From Eledone cirrhosa (taxonomy: Eukaryota), in contig OZ024744.1 of NCBI GenBank assembly GCA_964016885.1, positions 85,684,001 to 85,748,000 on the forward strand: a stretch of DNA of 64,000 nucleotides. The letters are read 5' to 3'. Of the stretch, positions 1 to 12,738 are shown piece after piece. The stretch's first letter is position 1. Every line of letters starts with the position of its first letter. Under the pieces are notes generated by a model. That model worked only from the letters and a program-made list of their open reading frames with translations, was not told the origin of the DNA and searched no databases. The translations under genes and the position numbers were made by a program.

Positions 1-303
1 CCAGGACTTAGAGTGGGAGGTAAAAAGGATTTGGAACTACCATGAAGTCAAAGTGATCCCGATTGTCATAGGCGCACTAGGGACTATCTCAAAAAGTTTG
101 CAGGGATGGTTAAAGAAAATTGGCCCCTTCACGCTTTTTGGAACGCTTCAAAAGGCATGCTTGCTGGGAACAGCAAGAACCCTCCGATACGTCCTGAATA
201 TCTGAGGCTGCAGGTAGTGGCTTGATATTCATCTCAACAAACTTTCCAGTTAACTAACATCAATGACTGGGACTCAAACAGTAATAACAATAATAATAAT
301 AAT
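1..303 (+). mobile_element. 3' end of R4/Dong-clade non-LTR retrotransposon (REL endonuclease C-terminus, 3'UTR, (TAA)n tail)
   Basis: Frame 2..205 reads [31 protein letters not shown]...[19 protein letters not shown], nearly identical to the C-terminus of the 52067..54085 ORF; TAA repeats at about 283-303. Confidence 0.9.
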
Positions 304-548
304 GTTTTCTTTATTTACCACAAGGGTTTACATAAAGTAGACATTAAGGACAGTGCAGGACAAAACAGGACGGTACAAATGGGCATTTCTGCGTGTAAAA
401 AAAAACAGAGGATGTAATAAAATAACAAAGAAAGATTCCCCAATAGAGGGGAGACTTCCGATGGACATTTGTGGAGAAAGCCCATTAAAAGACCACAGTG
501 ACCCTGACCACCAGGGAAAGTGCCCTCTCCCAGTTTTCCACCTTTAAT

Positions 549-3500
549 TTACAGACACATACTCAGAGTAGGCCCATTCACTCGGGCCATACTTGCTTCT
601 CTCACCCATCTTTCAACAAAATGCTTGAAAGAGAGCACTTTCCTCTCTAACCTGATTTTCCTTTTCAAATGAAATAGGAAAAAGTCAATCAGGGCATCAC
701 CGAAGAGGTAAGTGCTCGTCTTCAGCCCTTTCAAACGTGTCCACCATACTATCTCTTTCGCCATGGCGACCAGACAGATAAAAACTGCCCTTCCAGGCTA
801 AAGGAAGAGGGCGGGGAAATACTCACGATGGACTCAGCTGATAGCTGGATACGTCCTACACGCGACAGCAGGTTTTCAACATAAACACACAAGTCAGCAA
901 TGCTCGGACACTGGACGAGTGCGTGCAGGACGATTTCGTCGCCCTGCGCGCATCTCGGACATGCCCGGCCGACGGCACCTCCATGCCTGTAGAGTTTATC
1001 CCGAACTGGCAAAGCTCCTCGGTAGCACTGCCAGGCCAGGGATATCTGGAAGTTGTCCATAAGGCCCGGCCCGAAAGTTCTTCCGAAGAGATTGGCTAGT
1101 TGATTTTCGTCGACGCCTAGAGTTTCTCCAAGTACGTCGTCGCTCTTCCCCTCCACTAATCCTCTATAGAACGCCAAGGTGGAGTTTCCACCGATCACAT
1201 TGCCCGATTGGTCGAGGGCTGTGAGCACCTGAAAACATTCCAGTCTCCAAGCGCTCCCTCTCCGTCTTCGCTTGACCCAGGACAGCAGCTCCGTCAAGGA
1301 GACGAGCTGGGAAAAGACGTGTCTAGCCAACGGCGACCACACCTGATCACCGTAGAGGAAGAGGTGGAGACGTCGTAACCAAAGCGCGTGTCTGCGCATC
1401 ATCAGCCACGGCATTCCCAGCCCTCCACGTAGCGGGTGTTGACAGCAGATGGACCGACTGACCATCGGAGCGCGTCCCTTCCACAAAAAGCGAAAGAGCA
1501 AACGCTCCATCGCAATCAGGCGGGGCTTAGGACAAGGTACGACGGTCAGGCGGTTGCAGATGACAGACGCGATGTACGCGTTAGCCACCTCCGCTCGACC
1601 TTTCAGGGATAGCTTCCTCTCGGCCCATTTCTGGGTGAGAGAAGCCACCCTGCTCGTCACCTCGTCGCAGTTTTTGTCCGTCTGGAGGTCCGGACCGTAC
1701 CAGACCCTAACAATTTAACCGGTCCGTCCGTCCAGCGCCCGACGACGCTGTTGGACGGCATGGACCTGCCTCTCCAGGTGCCGAGCTGCAGGCCCACTGA
1801 CTTTTCCTGGTTGATCATTGCTCCTGTCACCTCTTCGTATTCACTTAGTGTAGTGCCGATCGCCTCGATGTGACATCGTCCGCATATGCTGACACGGATC
1901 TTCCTCATCCTAGTTCGCGCGGGACCCCCCTCAACGTCCCCAGTTTGTGCAGTAATGGCTCGAGAGACAATACGTACAAGAGGGACGAGAGGGGACATCC
2001 TTGGCGGACAGAGCGCATGGTGTTGAACGGTTCCGAAAGGTGACCGTTCACTCTCACCACAGAGCAGATGTCGCTGTGCATGGCAGCGATCCAGCCTCTG
2101 AAGACGGGCCCAAAGCCAACCGCCCTCAGGACTGCCGCTAGGTAACGATGGTCGACCCTATCGAAGGCTTTCGACTGATCTAAATTTATCAAAGACCCAC
2201 CCGTGCCAGGTTCCCTAGCTACCCTCTCTACGATGTATCGCATGAGGTGGAGGTTGTCGTGGATGGATCTGTCGGGAATGGCGCATGTCTGCGCCTCTCC
2301 CACCAGACCACCAACGACAGGCGCCAACCTCTTTGCTAGCACCTTGACCAAAATCTTGAATCTGTGTTTAGCAGAGTTATGGCCTAAAATTATCTATGTT
2401 ATCCCCCTTGTTCGGATCCTTTCTCAGCAGCACCACCGCTCCTCGGCTCACAGAGCTGGGAATTCTCCCGTTCTCTTGCCAGTTGCAGTAGACGTCCGCC
2501 AAGAGGCCTCCGAACAAGTCTGGCATTTGTACGTAAAGTTCATAGGGCAGACCATCCAAACCAGGCGATTTACCCCTTGTGCAGCCAGTCATTGCCTCCC
2601 TTACTTCAGCGGCTGTTATCGACTTTTCGCAACACTCCGCATCAGTGGCCGAGAGCCGCGGCAGTCCGTCGAGGTAGACACTAAAGTCCATCCCCCGATC
2701 CGGTCCGCCGCCGCCCCCGAACAATTGAGCGAAAAGCTTCACACATTTGCCCGGGATCGAGTAGCATGCGCCCGTCGTGGTCCACCAAAGACCGGATCGT
2801 GGCTTTGTTTCCACGACGCGCCTCCGCCACTCGGGCCCATTGAACGGCTTTCGTCCCCTCGTGTCTGAGAGCACGCACCCTAGCTCTGACAACGCAGCCT
2901 TCGTGCTTTGCATTGAAGAATTGGTCAAGGGCCAATTTCGCCGCAAGTACGTCGGTCGCGATGCCTTTGCTAAGCGCCTCATCTAATTTTCTAACTAATT
3001 CTCCCTCTGCTCTATTTTTCTCTATTGCTAAAGTCTTACTAAACCTAATGGACTCTATTCTAATTGCTCTTTTCAGAGCAAACCACCACTTGTTGTTGAC
3101 GATGGCCCCCGTCAACGCCCGCTTAACTAGTTCGCTAATCCGGTCTCTGTAGGCCTTGCGCGCTGGTAAGGACGCGTTTAGCTTCCAGTAGCCGGGTCCT
3201 CGTCTATGAAGCCTATCTAAGTCAAGCACACAGATCACGAATTTGTGGTCCGTGTAGCTGACTATCTTGAATTGTGGACAGTCTATGCTAGACCTATCTA
3301 TTTCCCTACAAAATACTCTATCTAGATATGATCTGGATGACCCTATGCGATTTGTCCAAGTCCACATTGGTACATTCGGGAAATCCATTCGGTACCTGTC
3401 AGACAGTTCAAAACGTCTGAGCAGGTTGGTGAGACTCTTGCACCCTCCTTCCCTATCCACTAATTCCACACAATCCCAGCGTGCATCTAAGATCCCGTTC

Positions 3501-3924
3501 CAGTCGCCCCTACCACTAAAGAGCGAGACGTTCCAAGAAAGGTCTCCAGACGTCGGAAGAAATCAGGCCGCCCTGCTCCTGTCGGGGCATAGACGGCCAC
3601 TAACCTGAAAGCTTGGCCGTCTCCGCTGGTCACGTCCAGCACCACCAACTTACCTTCTGGGTCCAGGAAGATGGCCCGTATGGCAAGATCCAAACCTCTC
3701 CGAAAAAGCACAGCAACTCCTCCCCCCGATCCCGGACGGCTGGGAGATGCGTACACATCGTAGCCGCCGAAGATCGGTGCGAAAGCCTGTGCTTCGGAGA
3801 TTCTGGTCTCGCTGATGGCCACTACATCTATGTTTAGTGACCTGAGGTCGTTGAGCAGGTGGCCCTGCTTCCATGACGACCCCAAGTCACGCGCATTTAT
3901 GCTGCCTATTCTGAGTGAGGTCAT
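549..3924 (-). pseudogene. Tx1-like ORF2 (APE-RT-CCHC), multiple frameshifts
   Basis: Fragments with IGSINARDL..VVAISET, TDHK, KSPGLDGLPYE, LDQSKAFDRVDH, VRQGCPLS, CPRC..H...C; collinear with the intact ORF 56222..59641. Confidence 0.9.
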
Positions 3925-3958
3925 GTTGAAAAGGAGTGGAAAAGATGGGAAAGACCAC

Positions 3959-5877
3959 TTACCTTACTTCTCGTAGGGGAAGGACGGTTTTTCCATCCTT
4001 TTCACTGCTTGTGGCCTCCTCAGGAAGGATGTCCTTATAAATCCTGCTGGAGAGTGCTTGTCGGAAGTCTCCGATGTCTTTGGGGAATTTTTGTTTTAGT
4101 GTCATGTACGTTTTCTGTGTGATGCGAGTGATTTGTATGTGTGGAGGTGGTGTGAATTTTGGGGTTGTTGTGTAGTCTTTTTCTGTGATGCTGGTGTTGT
4201 GTTGGATGTAGTGTAATAATTGCTTGTTGTTCAAATTTAATGCTGTGTAGTGTGTATCGTTTTGGTTGTTTTGTTTTGTTTGCGTTTGTTGTGGGTTTGT
4301 TTCTGTTTTGCATTTTGGTGACTTTTGTGGTGTAGGTAATGGTGGTGTTGGGGTTAATGATGGTGATGGTGTTGGTGTTTGGGTTGATGGGGTTGGTGAT
4401 GCTGGTGTGGATGGTGGCATATCTGTCCTAACTTTTTTGTTTCTTAATTTATTTGTTTCCCTCTGTATTTTGTTTTTGGAGGGGGAAGGAAGAGAATTTT
4501 TCTTTTTTGGTTTATTTTTTTTTCCGGATATCGTTTCCCACTCCTCGTCGTCACAATCTGTCTCCAGTTGTGATAGGCCGGGGAGTGGAAAATCCTCCAC
4601 AGCCGTTAGTTTTGGTTGTGGCGTGGTGGATGGTGTAGGCGCTGGTGCTAGTTCTGAAGCGTTGGGTGGTGGTGGTTTTGGTTTTGCTGGTGGTGGTGGT
4701 GGTGTTGGTTTTGCTACTGTTGCTGGGGTTGTTGCTGTTATAGTTGCTTCTGTTGTTGCTGCTACAGTTGTTGCTGCCATCTCTGCTACTGGTGGTGTTG
4801 ATGGTTGTGTCACTGGGGTGGGTAGGAGAGGTGGCCTCAACCTTTTAGCCTGAGGGCAGAAAGCCCTTAGGTGGGTTACTTCACCACAAACGACACACCT
4901 AGGTCTTCTGCCCTCGACAATTACCGTGAGGTGGCTGCCGTCAGTGAGGTCTATTACCTCTGGGATCTCCTCAATGCTTTTTTGGTCCGCTTGGATCAGG
5001 AGCTCCATCCCAGATCCGGACCAGTTCTCCTGCTTTTCTTTTGCTATTGCTATTATTTAAGCGTTGGCTTCGATGCCGGCGAGGACAGCCGCTATTAGTC
5101 AGGGAATTTCGATGGCCGGTGGAACGTGGGTCACCCTGATCTTTACGAGTCTCTAGCCACAATAGCTTGGGACGAGTGTGAAGTCGTCACTTCTTAATGG
5201 GGCCATGGAGTGTTCTCTAGCCTCCTCTGGTGTTTCAAAGAACACGTCCACGGTTCCATACTTTTGCCCACGTCTGATGTGGGTTTTTCTTGCCCACACA
5301 TGTCCCAAAGCTTTTTGGATTTGGGACTCGGATGCCCGTTCCACTCGGCGCGATTTTACATTTATTGTTCTATATGACACGGTGCATAGGCGCCGATGCT
5401 CCATTTTATTAGGTGTGGGGGGGGGGGGGCTGACCATGTACCCATCTTTCGTTACCATTTGTTTGGCATTTTCTAAATCCTCCTGAGTTACCGTAAATGC
5501 TTCGAACTGTTTTGCTACTCTGGCGAAACTGAGGGGGGGGGGGTTATAATGTCATTGTTGTTGTTGTTGCTATCGTTAATATTAATTTTAGTTTCAGTTG
5601 TGGTGGTGGTGACGTCAGTCGTCTTTGGTGGGGAAGAGTCCATTTTACTTGATTTCATTTCGACATCACGAGTTAATTTATTTTTTTCTTCTTTTGTTTC
5701 TGTTGTTGCGGTGGTGGTGGTGGTGGTGGTTGACGCGGTGGTGTTGGTGGTATTGCTAGTGCTTATATTTTTTTTTGTGTTGGCAAACGTAGTAACATTT
5801 ACAATGGTGGTGTCGGTGTGAGGTGTTATTTTGTGAGGAAGGCTTTCAGCTGCTTCGTGCAGAGGTGAATTAGCCAT
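3959..5877 (-). pseudogene. Tx1-like ORF1 (low-complexity N-terminus, CCHC knuckle, P/T-rich tail), frameshifted and with one internal stop
   Basis: CVVCGEVTHLRAFC knuckle in 3959..5008; homologous to 54330..56192; breaks near 5153 and at the poly-G near 5530. Confidence 0.8.
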
Positions 5878-6084
5878 TTTTTTCAAAGAAATTTTTTGAT
5901 AATAATAAAAGTTTAAATTTTGGGCACAAAGCCCCAATCTTTTTGGGTGTCCTTTTCGGAAAACAATGTATGTGCGCTTATAAACAGTTAACAATAAAAT
6001 TTTCCATAAATGACAATTTTTAACAAACGGAAATAACAAACCTTTGCGGAGCTCACGATGATACGATTTACTACGTAGGTCGCC

Positions 6085-6131
<47 letters not shown>
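6085..6131. repeat. (TAA)n spacer between the Tx1 5' end and a 5'-truncated R4/Dong element
   Basis: Pure AAT repeat. Confidence 0.95.
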
Positions 6132-6132
<1 letters not shown>

Positions 6133-8786
6133 TAGAAAATTGAAAAGAAAGTACAGTATAAATTCAACAAATGACAGAGACATGCTGATAGAAATAATCA
6201 GGCAAAAAGTGTCGGCCAAAGCTGCTCGTATAAGGCGCTTTGAAAAACGATCTAGATTCTATAAGGACAATAATATGTTAAAAAACAACCAAAGGAACTT
6301 CTACAGAAAAATTGGCAAGTCAACAATAACTGCTAAATCAATACCACCCAAGGAGGAAGTGCAAGAATTCTGCGAAAAGATCTGGGCCGAAGAAAAAGTT
6401 CATAATATACATGCCCCATGGATAGATAGCAAATGAAAGATACAGCTCACCTTGAGGAACAAAGATGGGAAAATATAACAGTTGAACAGTTGCGCTTGGC
6501 TCTAAGAAAAACCAGCAAATGGAAATCCCCAGGAAAAGACAAAATACAAAGTTTTTGGATAAATGCCTTCACAGAGTCTCATGAAGCTGTTAGCTCAACT
6601 TTACAATGAAATAGTTAAGGAGCCAGAAAAGATACCATCATCGCTAGTTAACGGCATTACATTCCTGCTTCCGAAGAATGATGAGACAAACAATCCCAAA
6701 AATTACAGACCGATAACTTGCTTGACCACAATGTATAAAATTTGAACATCAGTCCTAACTGAATACACATATGACCACCTGATAACAAATGACCTATTTC
6801 CTATTGAGCAGAAAGGGTGTAAACGAGGCTCATATGGCTGTAAGGATCAGCTTTTGGTTAACAAAATGATATTGAAAGATTGTCATAATAGACACAAAAA
6901 TCTAGCAATTGCTTGGATAGATTATAAAAAAACATTCGATAGTTTGCCACACAGTTGGATTGAAAAATGCTTAGAGATTTTCAAAATATCTCCCGTTGTC
7001 AGGAGGTTTTTGTCGTTCAGTATGAAGACATGGAAAACGACACCCCTTTTGAATAGTGAAACAAAATCACTGGAAGCTGGAGAAGTTAATATTAATTGTG
7101 GAATTTTTCAGGGTGACTCTTTATCACCGCTTTTATTCTGCATCGCATTTAAACCATTAAGTAAAATGCTCAATAAAACAAAACATGGATATAAAGTCTA
7201 TGACAAAACCATTAATTACTTGTTCTACATGGATGACCTGAAACTATTTGCAAAAAATGATGAACAATTGCAAGGGCTATTATCCACTGTGGAGCAGTTC
7301 AGTGATGACATTAAAATGGAGTTTGGACTAGATAAATGCGCCAAAGCAACGTTCACCAGAGGAAAGCTGCTGAAAAGTTCAGACATTAATCTTGATCGAG
7401 GGAATGTGATAAGAGAACTTGATCAAGAGGAATCTTACAAATATCTAGGTGTTTGTGAAGGAGACGGAATCAAGCACTCGACAATGAGGGAAAGGATAAG
7501 GAAGGAATGTTACCGCAGAGTAAGAGCAATCTTAAAAACGGAATGAATGCAAGGAATAGGATCGATGCCATAAACACACTTGCCATACCAGTAGTAATCT
7601 ACAGTTACAATGTCATCAACTGGTCAAGCACAGAGATCCGTAGGCTCGATACAAAAATTCGAAAATTCTTAACCATGCACAGAATACATCACCTTAAGGC
7701 AGATACAGATAGAATATATCTCCCTAGGAAAGAACGAGGACGTGGGTTAATCCAGTTAGACATTGCGTTGATAACTGCAACAATTGGATTATCTACATAT
7801 CTAAGGGAATCACATGATTGGATGATCAAACTCGTTTTGAAACACGAAAGCATCAAAAGATCATATTCCATTACAAAAGATGCACAAAGATACAGTAATG
7901 GACTACAAATTTCAGAAGTCCCATTTACTGCTGAAATGGAAAACACAGAAAAAGCAAAGCAGGTAAAAGTAACTGCAAAGAAAGAACTGCTACAGAAACT
8001 GGCTAAGAAATGGCAAGAAAAGCCTCTGTATGGAAAATACCCAGAACGAGCTAACAATCCTGATATTGACAAAACTTCAACCCATCAGCGGTTGGCATCG
8101 TCTGGACTGAAATCGGAGACTGAAGGACTGATTATATCAGCACAAGATCAGTGTCTGCCAACAAAAAATTACCAAGCCAACATAATAAAAAATGGATGCA
8201 GCCCATTATGCCCTCTATGTAAAAAACATCCAGAGACCATTGACCATATAATTTCAATGTGCAGTCCTATAGCTCCAACCGAATACCTAAACAGACATGA
8301 CAGAGCTGTACAATACATACATTGGATAATGTGTAAGCATTTTGACCTGCCCCATCAAAAGAATCGGTGGGAGCATCAACCACCTCCCATACTTGAAAAA
8401 GATCACATCTCAATCTTGTGGAACTTTAGCATCCAAACAGACCGAAAAATAGATGCAAATAGACCTGATATAATACTGAAGACATTAAAAAGAGGGTATG
8501 CCTGCCAATTGATATGTCCGTTCCAATAGACAAGAATGTATCTATAAAAACATTTGAAAAATTGAGCAAGTATAAGGACCTGGAGATAGAAATTGGAAAA
8601 ATGGGGAAATTGAGAACTAAAACAATACCAGTGGTTGTAGGCGCTCTAGGAATGATACCTAAGGGGTCTAATGATTACTTATCGCAAATCCCAGGAAACC
8701 CGCGTATAGGAGAAATACAAAAGATAGTACTAATGGGAACTGCCCATATACTAAGGAAGATTCTGTTAATATAAGTACATGCAACT

Positions 8787-8787
<1 letters not shown>
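6132..8787 (+). mobile_element. 5'-truncated R4/Dong-clade element (second family), degenerate RT-REL ORF
   Basis: [87 protein letters not shown] in ORFs 6140-8774. Confidence 0.9.

Positions 8788-8868
<81 letters not shown>
8788..8868. repeat. (TAA)n tail/spacer
   Basis: Pure TAA repeat between the R4 3' end and a Tx1 3' end. Confidence 0.95.
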
Positions 8869-11800
8869 TGATTTCTTTATTAACCACAAGGGTTTACATA
8901 AAGTAGACATTAAGGACAGTACAGGACAGTACAGGACGGTACAAATGGGCTTTTCTGTGTGTAAAAGAAACAAAAACAGAAGATGTAACAAAAAAAATTA
9001 CAATGAAAAATTCCCCAATAGGGTGGGGTGGGGGACTTCCGAGGGACATTTGTGGAGAAAGCCCATTCAAAGGCCATAATGACCCTGACCACCAGGGCAA
9101 GTGCCCTCTCACAGTTTTCCACCTTTAATTTACAGACACACACACTCAGAGTAGGCCCATTCACTCGGGCCATACTTGCTTCTCGCACCCATCTTTCAAG
9201 AAAATGCTGGGAAGAGAGCACTTCCCTCTCTACCCTGATTTTACTTTTGATATTTCAATTATTTTAGTGTTGGCTTCGATGCCGGCGAAGACGGCAGCCA
9301 TTAGCCAGGTAATTTCGATGGCCGGTGGAACGTGGGTCACCCTGATCTTCACGAGTCTCTGGCCACAATAGCTTGGGACAAGTGTGCAGTCGTCGCTTCT
9401 TAATGGGGCCATGGAGTTTTCTCTGGCCTCCAGTGGTGTTCCAAAGACACGTTCACGGTTCCATATTTCTGCCGACGTCTGATGTGGGTTTTTTCCGCCC
9501 ACACATATCCCAAAGCTTTTTAGATTTGGGACTCGGATGCCCGTTCCACTCGGCGCGATTTTGTGTTAATCGTCCGATAAGACACGGTGCATAGGCGCCG
9601 ATGGTCCATTTTATTAGGGGGGGGGGTGAGGCTGACCCTGTACCCATCTTTCTTTAGCATTCTCTTGGCTTCATTTAATTCCTCCTTAGTTATCACGATT
9701 GTTTCGCATTTCTTGGCTGCTTTGGCAAACGACACATTTGCGGTGGTGTTGATGTTTTTGTCGTTATTCTCATTGTTGTTGTTGCTGTTGTTATTGTTAT
9801 TTTTGTTATTATTATTTTTAGTTTCAGTTGTGGTGGTGGGGGCGTCAGTTGTCTTCGGTGTGCTCACATCCAAGACCACCAACTTACCGTCCGGGTCCCT
9901 GAAGATCGACCTTACCTCGAGATCCAGTCCTTTCCTAAACAGCACTGCCACCCCACCTCCCATTCCCGGCCTGCTAACAGATGCGAAGATCTGATAGTCG
10001 TCGAAAATGGGGGCTAGTGCGCGTGTGTCGGAAATTCTGGTCTAGCTGACGGCAATAACATCCATTTCCAGCGACCTGAGGTCGTTGAGCAGGCGACCCT
10101 GCTTCCAGGGTGACCCCAGGCCGCGAACATTTAAACTTCCTACTCTTAATATGGCCATGTTGGCAAGCTAAAAGAGAGAGGGAAGGTGCGACCTCCATGT
10201 TTGGTGGGGTTTCTTTTGGGAAACCCTTAAAAGTCTCGATGTGGGTTTCACATTCGTGGTTCCCAGTCTTGAGAAAAGCTCTCCCGAATTTCTTTGAAGG
10301 AATCGAGTGACATTCGGACCAGAAGCAAATCTACTGGCACGCAAAATGTGCTCATTTAAAAAATCTCCCCCTCTGTTTGAATCTCCTCGCTTCGTGCTAA
10401 GAGGGCCATCAGTTTATCGTTGGCCCTTCTGACAAGCACGAAGTTTTTAATATTTTGTTGGTGTGGTTTTATTTGTTTTCGTTTTGGTGACGGTGGTGGT
10501 GATATTTTTGGTGGTGTTGTTTCGGGTATGTCTGTAATTGTTGTAGGTGTGGTGTATGCAATTTCAGGTATTTGTGTGTTTATTTGTACTTGTATTTGTT
10601 TAGGTTGTTTGTGTTTCGGGGATTGTGGGGTTTGTGCCGATATTGCTGTTGGTGCTGATGTTATTGGGGAAGTGTTTGTGTTAGTGGTGTCTGTATTTTT
10701 TGTTGTGTTTTGTTGGGGCTTTTTTTTTGTGAGTTTTCTCTGTTTTTTTGCACTTTTGGGTTTTCCTTCATCTTCGCTGCTGGAAGACAAAGGGTCTGTG
10801 GCTGTGTGTGCGTTTATTGTTTTGTCTATGTGTATAATTGGGGGTGGGGTAGTGCTTTCCTCGTTTTCCCCTTGGATTGGTTTCGGTGTTGGTGGTGATC
10901 CGGCTGTTTTTGATGTTGGTGACCGTGTCTTTGTTGGTGTTGTTTTTGGTGGTGGTGGTGCAGCTTTCCGTGCTGACACTGGCGTTTGCAACAAAGGAGG
11001 TTTGCAACCCCCTACATGTTTGCGCTGAGGGCAGAAGGCTTTCAGATGCGTTGCTTCCCCGCAGATGAAGCTGTGTGGCCTTCTTCCTCCAGTTATTAGT
11101 TGGATTGTTTCCCGTCCTGCAGGCGGGCAAAATCCGGGATTTTGTTCATGTCCTCCAGTTTCATTTGGAGAAGAATCTCAAAATCCATTCCGAACCAGCC
11201 TTCTCTCTCTACTTTTTTGATATCCAGGAGGGTACTGTCTGTCACCTCCTCGATTACGCATCACAGCATCCACCATATGTTCCTTCCTGGTGGGATGCTG
11301 GGAATGCGGACCTTTACTGTCCTTTTACCCATGTAGGACGGGTGTATGATAATGCCTTCCGTTCTGCAGGGGGTCACCGAGTTCTTAATAGCAAAGGCCT
11401 CGGTTTTGAACAGTGCCGAGATGGTACCGAACTGTTTGGCTCTTGCTTTATACTCTACTAGCAGATTTACCCGGCGTTGCTTGGGGTTTTAAATTATGCT
11501 AAGACTATGCAGCTAGGAAGTAAAAGAAGAAAATTATTTGTCCCCAACCTGTCAAAATAAGCAGAAGTCTTCAATAAATAATGCAAACGAATATTTAGTG
11601 CAATCTTTGTACACATAAAACTATGCTGATAATGAAGGAAAACACTGAACAGGATGTAGTTATACAAATTATTAAAGACAATACACGTTGCAAATCTGTA
11701 AAAGAAAACAGGCAGTTTTGCTAAAGTACAAAAAGTTGTAATGAAAGCAGAGTTGTATACAAACAAAACAAAAAACAATGAGAGTAGAATAAGGGAAAAT

Positions 11801-11944
11801 CTATTCTTTGAGAGCATCCTTTGCTGTGTATGGTTAAAATTTGAACTTATAATCCAAAATATCCTGCATGACATATTCATTGGTATGTTTTGTAATGAAT
11901 AAGGTGAAGTCAAGGCAGAGCTGTAATAAGTGTTTTTGTTAACA

Positions 11945-12217
11945 CTAAAGCACTTCAGGATAGACGATATTCTTTGTTTTTCTTTTCGGAACAAACGCAA
12001 AGAGATTATCTCTACTGCCAATTCGTGAGCAGGCAACGTAGAATTCTCCGTGCGAAAAGCAAGGTTCATCCAAGTGAATTCCAGCGACAGACAGAGTTTG
12101 ACCTTGCGACTTGTTTATGGACATCGCAAAGGCAACACGAAGGGGAAATTGGGTTCGGCGAAAGGAGAAGGGAGTATCCACGCCTGATGTAGTTAGGCTA
12201 ATTTTTGTTATTATCAC
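11945..12217 (-). pseudogene. Helitron PIF1-like helicase C-terminal fragment
   Basis: FRRTQFPLRVAFAMSINKSQGQTL..AGIHL..PCFSHGEFYVACSR..TKNIVYPEVL. Confidence 0.9.
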
Positions 12218-12381
12218 ATCCTCGCCTTTTCTACATCCGGATAGGGCAAATTAAACTTACCATTGGAGCAGCACATTCCAACCGATTCTCCCGCCCACTT
12301 TTTAGCTTTACAATGTTGGCAAGTATTTGACATGGCATATATTTGAATATCAGGATGGATTTGATAGTTTACATTAGGGTC

Positions 12382-12738
12382 TTAATTAACTGCCTTAAGG
12401 TACCATCGTGAGCGTGATGCCTTTGAAATACCCCGCGATAAATCTCTACGTTGAGCGTTACCCTCCAGCCGAATAGCTCGACTTGTTACAGTCTCTACAG
12501 CTCGTGCTGTAGCAGTAGCTGAAGCATTTCTCAGTTGGCGCCTTTGACGTTCTTGCTCAGTCTCAATTGCTCTTGCTGCAGCATTAGCTGAAGCATTACG
12601 CGCACGGCGTCTTTCATATTTTTGTACTGTCTCTGCAGATCTTGCTGCAACATTATCTGTAGCATCCATAGCAAGGCGTGTTTCACGTTGCTCTGTAGTC
12701 TCTGCAGCAATTGCTTTAGCATTATTGGTTCGCCGCAC
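12382..12738 (-). pseudogene. Helitron RepHel N-terminal repeat region
   Basis: Repeated AETxEQRxxRL-type units of about 23 aa, as seen at Helitron N-termini. Confidence 0.6.

Larger units (their letters stand above)
304..6084 (-). mobile_element. Full-length but degenerate Tx1/L1-clade LINE (family A)
   Basis: ORF1 pieces 5877->3959 and ORF2 pieces 3924->549; 3' end T(A)AATAAAGAAAAC(ATT)n; (ATT)n on both flanks in element sense. Confidence 0.9.

Noticed and set aside
4266-4853. Hydrophobic V/G-rich ORFs antisense to ORF1 (also 10420..11028, 55520..56146, 60303..60860)
   Set aside because: Shadow frames of C/A-rich ORF1 tails, with no independent evidence of coding.
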